Shown here: positions 52,449 through 62,101 of the stretch, in pieces
How positions within the stretch are numbered: the stretch's first letter is position 1
Layout: every line of letters begins with the position of its first letter
Notes under the pieces: model-generated
Seen by the model: the letters and a program-made list of their open reading frames with translations, nothing else
What the model was told of the DNA's origin: nothing
The model's database searches: none
Made by a program: the position numbers and the translations under genes
Assembly: GCA_964655655.1 (NCBI GenBank)
Contig: CAZZPR010000001.1
Span: 2,633-66,632 of the forward strand
Length of the DNA: 64,000 nt
Source: an uncultured Desulfobacteraceae bacterium
GTDB lineage: Bacteria; Desulfobacterota; DSM-4660; Desulfatiglandales; B25-G16
Direction: 5' to 3'

Positions 52449-54431
52449 ATGAGGTATAAATTATTTATTCCGTTATCCTTGTTTTTGCTGTTTATCCTGG
52501 GGTGCGTTGCCGGCCAGGAGAGTTTTGATGCGGCCCAGAGGCTTAGTAAGCAGGGTAGATTGGAAGAGGCGGTAAAATTCTATGAGAAGGCATTTAAGGA
52601 AAACCCGGAAAACGACCAATTCTCTAAGGCATTAAACAATGCAAAGGAGAAGTTGGCCATGATGCACTACAACAGGGCCGAGAAATACTTGGAGGAGAAT
52701 CCGGAACCCAATTTTCCGGAACTTACCAGAATCTTTAAGGATATAGATCGTGCCCACAGTTTAGACCCTGATAATGAGTCAATAAACAATATGTACATTG
52801 ATTTGAAAGGAAGGAAAGATAAACTGCTCCAAGATGTGAGGTTTTTGTATACGAAGACAGGGGAAGATTTGAATAGCGAGAAATGGTTGGAGGCAATAGA
52901 AAGACTCAAAAGGGTAAAACAGCTATTCCCGGGATACGAAGAGGTAGATGACAGGCTGGCCCTGGCAAGAGGTGAGGCCGTTAAGATTTTTTATAAACAG
53001 GGAGTTAAATTCAGCAAGGAAGAGGATTGGGGAATGGCCGTAGAGGCATTTAAGATAGGGGTTGAGCTTGATCCGGATTATTTTGATATACAAAGACTAT
53101 ACCAGATTGCAAAATCCAACGATAATATCGATTATTTTATAAACAAGGGCGAAGAGGCGATTAAGGCAAGAGATTGGGACAGGGCTATATCATTATACAA
53201 AAAGGCATTGGAATATGAACCGGGAAGCGAACGTTGGTCCAAGAGATTGGAAGCGCTAAAACTCAAGGCAGGGGAGGAGCATTTTGATAAAGCAATGAAA
53301 TTTTCCTCCCAAAGACAACTCACAAGGGCGGTCGAAGAGCTGGAGACCTCCCTGAAATATTCTCCCAATGTCCTGGATAGCCGGTTCTCCAAGGACTTTA
53401 TAAGCAGTCTGTGCCAGAAACTTGATCAGAGGAGCGATGTATATATTGAACTGAGAAAATGGGGAAATGCCCTTGTATGGTTAAAAAAACTGAATACAAT
53501 TGAACCCGATTACAAGGGGCTTTTTCACAAGCTTCAGCTGGTAAGGGACAAGATAAAAAACAGGATCAGAAAGTCCATCGCAGTATTTGATTTCTCCTCG
53601 CCCTCCGAAAACCAGGATTCAGGTAAGATTGTTTCCAATAAATTGATATCCTACCTTTCCAGAAATGCCAGTGGAGATATGAAGATTATCGAAAGAGAGA
53701 ACTTGCAATCCATTTTAAAAGAGATGCAATTAGGCCAGACTGGTTTGATAGATATGGATACGGCAAAGAAGGTGGGAAAGATGAGGGGTATAGACACCTT
53801 TATTTTGGGGGACGTTTTGCATTTTTCGTCCAAAAGCAAAAATTATCCCAGCAAAAACACCGTAAGGGTACAGATAGATGCCCGCTCGGAACCCAACCCT
53901 GAATTCGAGAAATGGCGGATAGTGCACCCAAAACCGACACAGGAGGAGATGGAAAAGGCACCCCCCATGAAGATAGAAAAACCCGTATACAAGCTCTACA
54001 CATATGAGACCGGCACAACAAAGATTGTAAGCTTCATGGAGATAGCCTATAAGCTGGTGAACACCATAACCGGCGAAAATATTTTCACCGACACTATATC
54101 CGGCAAGCTTACCGAGGAGGATGACTATCATCACGGTTTACCCGCAGCTGATATACAAGAAGATCCCTTGGAGCTTCCTACGGAACTGGAGGTTTTGGAT
54201 GAGCTGACAAACCAGAAGATATCGGAGGTGGGCTTAAGTGTCCTGAAACATTTTCAAAGCCTTGAGTTGGTTTATTTTAACCAGGCTGAGGAAAAGTATA
54301 AAAGAAGAAAATATGAAGATGCCATAGAAATGTACACGGACGCTATATTCGACGAGAGGCTAAAAGGCATATCAAGTCCTATTTCCAAAAAGTCCGAGGA
54401 GATGATTTCCAAGCTCGTGCAAAATATGTAA
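52449..54431 (+). CDS. Lipoprotein with an N-terminal TPR region and a C-terminal CsgG-like domain
   Basis: The lipobox is FILGC. It has multiple TPR-like helices (AVKFYEKAFKENPEN, AISLYKKALEYEPGS...). SIAVFDFSSPSENQDSGKIVSNKLISYLS...IIERENLQSILKEMQLGQTG...GIDTFILGDV matches the CsgG-family pattern. Confidence 0.7.
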   Translation: MRYKLFIPLSLFLLFILGCVAGQESFDAAQRLSKQGRLEEAVKFYEKAFKENPENDQFSKALNNAKEKLAMMHYNRAEKYLEENPEPNFPELTRIFKDIDRAHSLDPDNESINNMYIDLKGRKDKLLQDVRFLYTKTGEDLNSEKWLEAIERLKRVKQLFPGYEEVDDRLALARGEAVKIFYKQGVKFSKEEDWGMAVEAFKIGVELDPDYFDIQRLYQIAKSNDNIDYFINKGEEAIKARDWDRAISLYKKALEYEPGSERWSKRLEALKLKAGEEHFDKAMKFSSQRQLTRAVEELETSLKYSPNVLDSRFSKDFISSLCQKLDQRSDVYIELRKWGNALVWLKKLNTIEPDYKGLFHKLQLVRDKIKNRIRKSIAVFDFSSPSENQDSGKIVSNKLISYLSRNASGDMKIIERENLQSILKEMQLGQTGLIDMDTAKKVGKMRGIDTFILGDVLHFSSKSKNYPSKNTVRVQIDARSEPNPEFEKWRIVHPKPTQEEMEKAPPMKIEKPVYKLYTYETGTTKIVSFMEIAYKLVNTITGENIFTDTISGKLTEEDDYHHGLPAADIQEDPLELPTELEVLDELTNQKISEVGLSVLKHFQSLELVYFNQAEEKYKRRKYEDAIEMYTDAIFDERLKGISSPISKKSEEMISKLVQNM

Positions 54432-54443
54432 TGCAATGTAATT

Positions 54444-56732
54444 TTGGAGAATATTGTGAATAGAAGACCTTTTTTCCAGGTCTTGGCTTCCCTGATATTT
54501 TTGATGGTGGTGGGCCTGTACCCTGCTGTTGCGAGGCCCTACAGTGCCAAAATAGCTGTTTTCAACTTTAATCTCAAAAACTTGGAAGCCAGGGGTTATG
54601 ACGCAACAGTAACCAATATGCTCATCAATTATTTGGAAAGATCTTCATCATTAAATATTCTCAATCGCAAGGACCTGGAGGCATTTTTGGCCCTGAATGA
54701 TCTTCAGCAAAATGACGAACTTTCCAATGTGATAAACATAGGAAACCGGCTGGGCCTGGATATGATAATAGCAGGCAATGTAGAAAAGGAGAGGTCGGTT
54801 ATTAAGGTAGAATGCAAGGTTGCCAAAATAACGGAAAAAACATTTATTTTTAATAAGAGGCTCAGGTCTTTTGGGGATGCTGGTTTGAGGGAGGAAATAA
54901 GGCTACTGAGCCTGCATGTTTCCAAGGCAATTGAATCGAATATGGGAGAATTTAAGTCCTCGGCTGAAGCAGGGTTTAGTCTGGATACACCGAAAGGATT
55001 AACATATAGACCAGCCAGTTCAAAAATAATTCTGAGGTGGGAAAATGTCCAGGGTTCTTCCGGTTTTAAGATATTCCGGAGTCTATCGGAAGATGGTCCC
55101 TTTACAAAAATAGCCCAGATTTCCGCCACTGAATATTTTGATGAGGACTTGGAAAAAAATACAGAGTATTATTACAAGATAAAGGCCTTTGACAAGAAAG
55201 GCAGAGAAAGTGACCCTACCCTCACCCTTCTTGCCGAGACCTCCATGACTCCAAACCCGCCTATTATTCTCAGCATAGAGTCCCATTTAAGGAGTATCAG
55301 GATAATCTGGTCCCCAAGCCCGGTAAAAAGTGAGGATCTCAGTAAATTACTGGGGTACAAGTTATACAGGGCAAAGACCCAAGAAGGTCCATATTTGGAG
55401 GTGGCAAATTTACTGGGAAAAGATCTGGGCCTGGGTATTGATACTGGAACAACTTTGGACAAATTATTCAAGATAGATTATTTGGACAAGGAACTGGCAG
55501 ACGGAGAAAAGTATTATTACAGGGTTGGTGCTTATAATGAAAAAAATTTGGAAAGCGATCTTTCCACCCCCATGGAAGGGAAATGTATTCCAATCGTTAA
55601 GGGGGTGCATGCCCAAGGAGATATGATAAGAAAAATAAAGATTAGTTGGAATGTGGCTGATTCGGATCAGGTTCAGGGTTACTATTTATACAGAAGCATT
55701 TCAGAAAAGGGAGGATTCACCAAAATAAAGAAGCTTGTTGGCAGAGAGAATAACAGCTTTATGGATGAGAATGGCCTGAAGGATAAAACGACTTATTACT
55801 ACCGGGTTTCCCTTTTCGAGGATAACAATACCGAGGGTTCCATGTCGGACGTGGTGAGTGCCGTAACCAAGGGACCCCCTCCGATTCCCAGGGGTTTAAA
55901 GGTGGAAAGCGGAATAGCCAAAAAGGTGAAGCTTTTATGGGATATTTCCCCGCAAGAGGAGGTAAGGGGCTACAAGCTGTATAGATCAGAAGAAAGGGAG
56001 GGTGAATATAGGTTTGTTGCGAAGATAGAAAACAGAAGCCAGCACGATTATCTTGACTCCGGTACATATGAGAAACCGTTAGAGGACAATTTTACCTATT
56101 ATTACAGGATGACCTCTTACAACAAGGTGGACGTAGAGAGTGCCCCCTCGGAGACGGTTTCAGCAACCACCAAGCCGAGACCTGTAAAACCGGCCGGGTT
56201 ATCCGGGGAAAGTTTACACGTAAAGGAGATACCATTGAAATGGGAGCCCAACCCGGAAGACGATATAATAGGATATCACATATTCAGGAGTTTTGATGAG
56301 CATGAAAAATTTCATGAAATCGAAATGGTAAAGGAAAATACCTCCCTTGTTGATAAATCTCTGGAAGATGGAAAAGAGTATAGATATAAAATGCAAGCGG
56401 AAGACCGGGATGGTTTGCTGAGTGATTTTTCCAGGACCATTACTATTTGTACAAAACCCAGACCGAGATCTCCCCGTGGCCTTGAGTATGTGATAAGGGG
56501 CGGAGAAGTTGTGTTGACCTGGACACCCAACAGCGAACCGGATATAATATCTTATAATGTTTTTGAAAAAGGCTTTTTTGGGCTTAAAAAGATCGAAACA
56601 GTCAAGGATGCCAAATCCAGTATGAAGGCACCAAAGCCTGGGAAGAGCAAGGATTTCGCAGTAACGGCCATTGACAGGGACGGTCTGGAGAGCGATCCAA
56701 GCAAACCTATAACAGTATTCGGTAAGCAGTGA
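54444..56732 (+). CDS. Secreted protein: N-terminal CsgG/FlgO-like domain plus six fibronectin-type-III-like repeats
   Basis: It has a signal-like N-terminus. AKIAVFNFNLKNLEARGYDATVTNMLINYLE...LNRKDLEAFL...GLDMIIAGNV fits the CsgG/FlgO-like pattern. Six modules of about 95 aa follow, each with W...GY.LYRS...YYY(R/K)V...ES. The start is TTG at 54444, or GTG at 54456. Confidence 0.7.
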   Translation: MENIVNRRPFFQVLASLIFLMVVGLYPAVARPYSAKIAVFNFNLKNLEARGYDATVTNMLINYLERSSSLNILNRKDLEAFLALNDLQQNDELSNVINIGNRLGLDMIIAGNVEKERSVIKVECKVAKITEKTFIFNKRLRSFGDAGLREEIRLLSLHVSKAIESNMGEFKSSAEAGFSLDTPKGLTYRPASSKIILRWENVQGSSGFKIFRSLSEDGPFTKIAQISATEYFDEDLEKNTEYYYKIKAFDKKGRESDPTLTLLAETSMTPNPPIILSIESHLRSIRIIWSPSPVKSEDLSKLLGYKLYRAKTQEGPYLEVANLLGKDLGLGIDTGTTLDKLFKIDYLDKELADGEKYYYRVGAYNEKNLESDLSTPMEGKCIPIVKGVHAQGDMIRKIKISWNVADSDQVQGYYLYRSISEKGGFTKIKKLVGRENNSFMDENGLKDKTTYYYRVSLFEDNNTEGSMSDVVSAVTKGPPPIPRGLKVESGIAKKVKLLWDISPQEEVRGYKLYRSEEREGEYRFVAKIENRSQHDYLDSGTYEKPLEDNFTYYYRMTSYNKVDVESAPSETVSATTKPRPVKPAGLSGESLHVKEIPLKWEPNPEDDIIGYHIFRSFDEHEKFHEIEMVKENTSLVDKSLEDGKEYRYKMQAEDRDGLLSDFSRTITICTKPRPRSPRGLEYVIRGGEVVLTWTPNSEPDIISYNVFEKGFFGLKKIETVKDAKSSMKAPKPGKSKDFAVTAIDRDGLESDPSKPITVFGKQ

Positions 56733-56779
56733 GACTCCTTAGCCTTTGGGGAAGTCCTTGATTTAGAAAATAAAAGTAT

Positions 56780-57349
56780 TTGATCCTTTTTTCATTAAAC
56801 TGTTATTTTATGGATTATATATATTATTGGGAATTCATACACAGCGGAATAACGATACAGTTAGCATCTACTAGTATCGGAGCAGTCAGGGTCAGGTTGG
56901 GCTTTCATAGGGACAAAGGCCTTACGAATGAGCTGAGACACCTTAAACCGGGGTTTAAGGTGTCTCAGCATTTTTGGCCCAATGAAGCCCTGGCGGGCGC
57001 CTTAAGTTCCCATTTAAACGGGAATATTTTTAACATCAATATTCCATGGGATATTAACGCCACACCGTTTATGGTTGCTGTGTGGAAGGCTGTTTGCAAA
57101 ATACCATACGGCCAAACAAATACCTACCAGGATATTGCGTTAAAGTTAGGCAATAAAATGGGATCAAGGGCAGTAGGCAGGGCATTGAGTAAAAATCCTT
57201 TAATGATAGTTATACCATGTCATAGAGTTGTTTCTGCAAAAGGCTTGGGCGGTTTTAGTTCGGGCATAGAAGCAAAGAAATTTCTCATAGGTCTCGAGCG
57301 GATCAATCAAAAAGTTACTGGAAAAGGAGAAATGAATTATGCATGTTAA
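56780..57349 (+). CDS. ogt: Methylated-DNA--protein-cysteine methyltransferase (Ogt/MGMT)
   Basis: The active site is IPCHRVV, preceded by TYQDIALKLGNKMGSRAVGRAL. The likely true start is MDYIYYW at 56810. Confidence 0.88.
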   Translation: MILFSLNCYFMDYIYYWEFIHSGITIQLASTSIGAVRVRLGFHRDKGLTNELRHLKPGFKVSQHFWPNEALAGALSSHLNGNIFNINIPWDINATPFMVAVWKAVCKIPYGQTNTYQDIALKLGNKMGSRAVGRALSKNPLMIVIPCHRVVSAKGLGGFSSGIEAKKFLIGLERINQKVTGKGEMNYAC

Positions 57350-58424
57350 AACAGCTTATATATTTCCCGGTCAGGGATCTCAATATTTAGGTATGGGTAA
57401 AGATATTTACGATAACTTTGAGATTGCCTCTTTTGCATTTTATAGAGCTAACAGAGTCTTACACAGGGAATTCGAAAAGATCATATTCGGCAATATTTCG
57501 GATAAATTTTTTGATGGGGTAAGCCACGTAGATGACTTTGGAATTAAAAGGGGCGTTAAAACGCATTTGGACAGGCAGGTCCAGATTACTACATATATTA
57601 CTTCCTGGGCCTGTTTTTCCGCCTTTAAAGAAAAATTAAAGATCGAAGGGTTTGAATTGGCTCCGGAACTCACAATAGGGCACAGTTTTGGGGAATACAC
57701 CGCGTTGACCGCAGCGGATGTTATAAACTTCGACACAGGTCTTCAACTGGTAAATCAACGCGAAAATATCATGATCTCTTGTGCAAAAGATATAGACGGT
57801 GCCTTGATAGCAGTTGTAAATAAAAAGAGAAATATTACCCAGGAAGATGTAATTAACATTACTAACTATGGGGGACGTGAAATTTTATATATTGCACTTT
57901 ACAATGCCTCTAAGCAATTTGTATTCGGAGGGGTGAGCAAAAACATCAATGCAGCTAAACAATTATTAAAGGGATCCGAATTCAGGACCGCAGATCTTCC
58001 GGTTCTCGGGCCCTGGCATACACCTCTTATGAATAATGCAAAAGAAAGGCTGAAGAATTATATTGAGGGTGAAGGGTTTTCCTTCAGAGAGGCAAAAATA
58101 CCCATTATAGCGAATACCCTCACGGATGATGGTACAGATCCAAAAATAATAAGTCATCCCAGCGAAATAAAAGATGAGCTCATAAATCAGATGGATCATC
58201 CGGTCCTTTGGTGCCAGACGATCAAAAAACTGATAGAACAATACAAGATAAAAAGAATTTTTATATTCGGGCCCGGTAAAATAACCCAAAAAATTATAAG
58301 CAACGAATATCCGGATATAACAGTCCTTAGGGTTGAGGATTTAGCTACTTTGGAAGATGTTGTTCAGGAAATAAAGCAGCCGGGGAGCAGAAAGGAGAGC
58401 CCCGAACAGGGGAATAAATCCTGA
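57339..58424 (+). CDS. ACP S-malonyltransferase-like acyltransferase (FabD family, extended)
   Basis: Motifs are FPGQGSQYLGMG and the active-site GHSFGEYTAL. At 361 aa it is longer than a typical FabD, with an insertion after the GQGSQ motif. Confidence 0.7.
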   Translation: MHVKTAYIFPGQGSQYLGMGKDIYDNFEIASFAFYRANRVLHREFEKIIFGNISDKFFDGVSHVDDFGIKRGVKTHLDRQVQITTYITSWACFSAFKEKLKIEGFELAPELTIGHSFGEYTALTAADVINFDTGLQLVNQRENIMISCAKDIDGALIAVVNKKRNITQEDVINITNYGGREILYIALYNASKQFVFGGVSKNINAAKQLLKGSEFRTADLPVLGPWHTPLMNNAKERLKNYIEGEGFSFREAKIPIIANTLTDDGTDPKIISHPSEIKDELINQMDHPVLWCQTIKKLIEQYKIKRIFIFGPGKITQKIISNEYPDITVLRVEDLATLEDVVQEIKQPGSRKESPEQGNKS

Positions 58425-58434
58425 AAAGGTATGG

Positions 58435-58989
58435 TTATCTTGTGCTCTTTTCACCGGAACCTATTTTCTGATAAAAGAGTTGTTCGAGGGCGATTTCATA
58501 ATCCCGGGTTCCGGGAATAAGCGATTTTTTGTTTGCCAGTTGCCTTGCTACCTCTTTCTCGGTCCTTTCGAATCTTTCGTTGATATTGCTGATGATGTTT
58601 TCTATCAACGCGTAAATCTCCTGATCGGTTCCGTATATCTCAATAATATTTGGATCGTCTATAATGACTTCTAGGATATATTGTGTGAGATACAACGAAT
58701 AGGGATTCGGCCGGGGAACGAGTGTTCTTATGGGGGCTATAAAATATTTAAAATCGAACTCATTGCTTTTATATGCCTTATTAAGCCCCTGCATTATAAG
58801 GTCAGATACCGCCTGAGGGTTGTCGGTTTCAATTACCTTATTTAATAACAATGCCTGAGATAACTTGTTATGGATCTCTTTAAGTTTGAATTTAAAGAAC
58901 CTGTCTCTTCTTAAAGATTCCCTTCTTTCCTTTTTCTCTAATCTATCTATTAACTTGTCCTGGGTTCTTCCACTGTATCTATATTTCAT
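58435..58989 (-). CDS. Hypothetical protein (possibly DUF507-like)
   Basis: 184 aa, helical and charged. The C-terminal LIPGTRDYEIALEQLFYQ resembles the DUF507 pattern (recollection only). Confidence 0.5.
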   Translation of the reverse strand: MKYRYSGRTQDKLIDRLEKKERRESLRRDRFFKFKLKEIHNKLSQALLLNKVIETDNPQAVSDLIMQGLNKAYKSNEFDFKYFIAPIRTLVPRPNPYSLYLTQYILEVIIDDPNIIEIYGTDQEIYALIENIISNINERFERTEKEVARQLANKKSLIPGTRDYEIALEQLFYQKIGSGEKSTR

Positions 58990-59032
58990 CTCTTAGCTTT
59001 CATTCCATATTCTATTTATTTAAATTGAATTT

Positions 59033-59314
59033 CTATTGTGTTTGCTCACTGGATTCTTTTTTTGATGCCTTTTTTTCATCTTTATTGCCCGTTTGGGATT
59101 TTTTTGCTTTGCTTTCCGGCTTTTTTTCAGAGGATTTGGAGGCATAGTCTGTTACATACCAGCCTGTGCCCTTAAGGTGAAAAGAGTTTTGGGATATTAT
59201 CCTTTTAACGGGGCCTCCACAGGCCTCGCATTTTTCTAAGGGTGTATCAGAAATTTTTTGTAGTGCCTCCGTTATGTGTCCGCATCTGTTGCATTTATAC
59301 TCATAAACGGGCAT
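59033..59314 (-). CDS. FmdB-family zinc-ribbon protein
   Basis: [16 protein letters not shown]...[11 protein letters not shown] is the canonical FmdB/CxxC-CxxC N-terminus. Confidence 0.85.
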   Translation of the reverse strand: MPVYEYKCNRCGHITEALQKISDTPLEKCEACGGPVKRIISQNSFHLKGTGWYVTDYASKSSEKKPESKAKKSQTGNKDEKKASKKESSEQTQ

Positions 59315-59847
59315 GTTTTACCCTCCTGCAAAAAAAGATAATCATTCCTGCTGTATGAATCCAGGATATATGAAATACAAGGCAGAGAAACATTTTTTAA
59401 TATATTTTGTGTTATCTGATGTACGATTTTTTCCTCTTTAATTCTGGTTTCAGTTTCTTCTGTATCGAATATAGCCTGGAAATTACAGAATCTCACAATA
59501 TGGACCAGCTCATGGGTCAGTACATATGCCAGAAGTGATAATAATTTGAGTTCCTGGTCCCTTTCAATCGCCTTCAGGATCTTATTTTCCTGAAGATATA
59601 TAATATAATAATCGCGCCTTTTAAATATCGGCTCTGTCTTTTCTATTCCGGGTTTCACGTACTTCTTGAGTACGGCAAATGCATTATTCTTTACATCTTT
59701 CCCGAAAAGGCCGGTTAGCAGCCTTATATCAAAAGGATGCCTCTTCCATTGAGAAGCGGATAATTTAAAATGGTTGCTGGTCAAGTCCTCGGCAATATCT
59801 GCCGCATCTCCCAATATACCCAGTTGTTTTTGGTTAAATTGGTTCAT
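59272..59847 (-). CDS. Hypothetical protein with an HExxH motif (possible metallopeptidase-like)
   Basis: 191 aa with the motif [10 protein letters not shown]. Its 3' end overlaps the FmdB-family gene by 43 nt. Confidence 0.5.
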   Translation of the reverse strand: MNQFNQKQLGILGDAADIAEDLTSNHFKLSASQWKRHPFDIRLLTGLFGKDVKNNAFAVLKKYVKPGIEKTEPIFKRRDYYIIYLQENKILKAIERDQELKLLSLLAYVLTHELVHIVRFCNFQAIFDTEETETRIKEEKIVHQITQNILKNVSLPCISYILDSYSRNDYLFLQEGKTCPFMSINATDADT

Positions 59848-59904
59848 TTCTTAAATAAAATGTAAAGCAAAAACTCGATTTGTCAACAATCTGAGATTTT
59901 TTAG

Positions 59905-59978
59905 TGGCGGTGCAGGGAATCGAACCCCGGACACTACGGATATGAGCCGTATGCTCTAACCAACTGAGCTACACCGCC
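59905..59978 (-). tRNA. tRNA with a CAT anticodon (elongator Met or lysidine-modified Ile2; not initiator)
   Basis: The reverse complement is GGCGGTGTAGCTCAGTTGGTTAGAGCATACGGCTCATATCCGTAGTGTCCGGGGTTCGATTCCCTGCACCGCCA. There is no C1:A72 mismatch and no GGG/CCC anticodon stem. CCA is not encoded. Confidence 0.88.
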
Positions 59979-60120
59979 GCTTGGATATTTTAGTATCTAA
60001 AAAATATTTTTTTGTCAATCAAATAACACCTAAATTATTTAAGTAAATACAATAAGTTTTGCAATATTTAATTTGATTTGCTATATTTGCTGAAAAATTT
60101 TCTTAACATGGGAGGAAAAA

Positions 60121-61029
60121 ATGGGTGAAAGCAGACTCGCTGGTTTGGTGGATATGGATAATCCGAAAAGCGTTCTCAACGAGGCTATAAAAATCTCTTC
60201 CCTGATGTACCCGGATTTTGAATTTGAAGCTTTAGAACGTGCGTTTAATGATATAGAAAGCCTGTTTAATGGAAAATATCCAGGATATAAAAAATGCAAT
60301 ACTGAATTTCATAACCTGAAACATACAACAGATACCTTCCTGGCTATGGCAAGGCTTATGCACGGCGCATTTGTTGCGGGCAATAAATTGCCCCCCGGAG
60401 ATGTGAAGATTGGTCTTATATGTGCACTGATGCATGATACGGGTTATATTCAGACTGATGAAGACGATGTCGGCACAGGGGGTAAATATACCCTGATGCA
60501 CATAGGACGCAGCATTATTTTTATGGACAAATATATATTCGATAACGGAATTTTCAGGGAGGATTTTAAGAATTTTTCCAATATCCTTTACTGCACAGGC
60601 ATGGATACCAAGATAAATGAGATCAGGTTTGAATCTCCTGAGGTAAAGCTTCTCTGCAAGATGTTGGGCACTGCAGATCTTTTAGGCCAGATGGCTGACA
60701 GGACTTACCTTGAAAAACTTTTGTTCCTTTTTTATGAATTCAGCGAGGGAGATGTGGTGGGATATGAAAGCGAGTTGGATTTATTAAAAAAGACCAAAAA
60801 TTTCTATGCGCTAACCCTCAAAAGGTTTTCCGGCGAGCTGGGCGAGGTTTACAAGTATATGCGGAACCATTTCCAGGCCAGGTGGGGAATAGATAGGGAT
60901 TTATATCTCGAGGCTATAGAAAAAAACATCAATTACCTGCAATATGTCTTGAAAAACCACCGGGATGAATATAGGAAATTTTTTAAAAGGGGGGAATTTG
61001 TAGCTAAACTTAAAGAAAGAGACCTGTAA
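60121..61029 (+). CDS. HD-domain (metal-dependent phosphohydrolase-like) protein
   Basis: The H...HD signature is FHNLKHTTDT and ALMHDTGY, with a later GTADLLGQMADR. Confidence 0.65.
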   Translation: MGESRLAGLVDMDNPKSVLNEAIKISSLMYPDFEFEALERAFNDIESLFNGKYPGYKKCNTEFHNLKHTTDTFLAMARLMHGAFVAGNKLPPGDVKIGLICALMHDTGYIQTDEDDVGTGGKYTLMHIGRSIIFMDKYIFDNGIFREDFKNFSNILYCTGMDTKINEIRFESPEVKLLCKMLGTADLLGQMADRTYLEKLLFLFYEFSEGDVVGYESELDLLKKTKNFYALTLKRFSGELGEVYKYMRNHFQARWGIDRDLYLEAIEKNINYLQYVLKNHRDEYRKFFKRGEFVAKLKERDL

Positions 61030-61259
61030 AAAGATATAACTGGTTAATAAAGAGAATGGGCCGCAACTTTAAGAAATGTTTTCTTGAGTGATTTTTCTGT
61101 AATTTATTGACAATATGCAGATGATTAACTAACCTAAAAGATTGTGTTTAACGGATGAGAGAAAAAACGTTTCCGTGGTTTTTTCTGTCCCGCTTCTTTC
61201 ACCAATTTGCTGTTTTAAAGTATCTTAAAAGGCCGATTAATCATGTTTGAGTCAATGCT

Positions 61260-61526
61260 ATGAAATGTCCATATTGCCATGAAGAATTAGGAGAGTGTAC
61301 CTGCCAGGATTGTAAAAGAACAATTCCCAAGGGCAGCAAATATTGCATGTATTGCGGTGCAGGGGTTGATGGTTGTGAAATGGAAGACAGCGCAACAGAT
61401 AATAACGATGAATTGATTGAAGATGATTTCGATGAAAGAGTTCCCTGCAGCGACGGAAACTGCATAGGTATAATTATTAACGGAAAATGCAATATATGCG
61501 GAAAGCCCTACAAAGGTAAGGCGTAA
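61260..61526 (+). CDS. Double zinc-ribbon small protein
   Basis: The cysteine motifs are MKCPYCHEELGECTCQDC...YCMYCG...CSDGNC...CNICG. Confidence 0.55.
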   Translation: MKCPYCHEELGECTCQDCKRTIPKGSKYCMYCGAGVDGCEMEDSATDNNDELIEDDFDERVPCSDGNCIGIIINGKCNICGKPYKGKA

Positions 61527-61552
61527 ATGGATTTGGCTGCACAAGGAAAATA

Positions 61553-61921
61553 ATGTACCAGGTAAATGTTGTTACTCACTTTTCAGGTGCTCACCAGTTG
61601 AGAAATTCAGGGGGTAAATGCGAGAGTCTACACGGCCATAACTGGAAGATAGAAATTACCTTAAAAGGCGAAAAATTGAATGAAACCGGCCTTTTGATGG
61701 ATTTCAGGGAAATTAAAGATATGACAAACGAGGTTCTTCAGGAACTGGATCATTCATTTTTAAATGAACTTCCCTATTTCAAGCAGAATAACCCATCTTC
61801 GGAAAACATTGCATTTTATGTGTTTGACAGGTTAGACAAAAAGTTGAACAACGGCAGTATAAAGGTTGCCGAGGTAACAGTTTGGGAATCAGACTTTACC
61901 AGTGCAACTTATATGGAATAA
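61553..61921 (+). CDS. queD: 6-carboxy-5,6,7,8-tetrahydropterin synthase
   Basis: FSGAHQLRNSGGKCESLHGHNWKIE contains the Cys and His-x-His zinc/catalytic motifs. 122 aa. Confidence 0.9.
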   Translation: MYQVNVVTHFSGAHQLRNSGGKCESLHGHNWKIEITLKGEKLNETGLLMDFREIKDMTNEVLQELDHSFLNELPYFKQNNPSSENIAFYVFDRLDKKLNNGSIKVAEVTVWESDFTSATYME

Positions 61922-62101
61922 AAAACCCGGTTTTAACCCTCCATGTCCTTGTTTTTCATTACCAGCATTAACCCGGAATAATTTGTGTCTTTCCGCCGAA
62001 CATTTTGGTTCAAAGACGGCTTTCCCGTTGACACCTAAACTCTGTTTACCTATACTTTCGACGGTCAAACCGTAATTTAAAATTTTTATGTGGGGTAGAT
62101 T

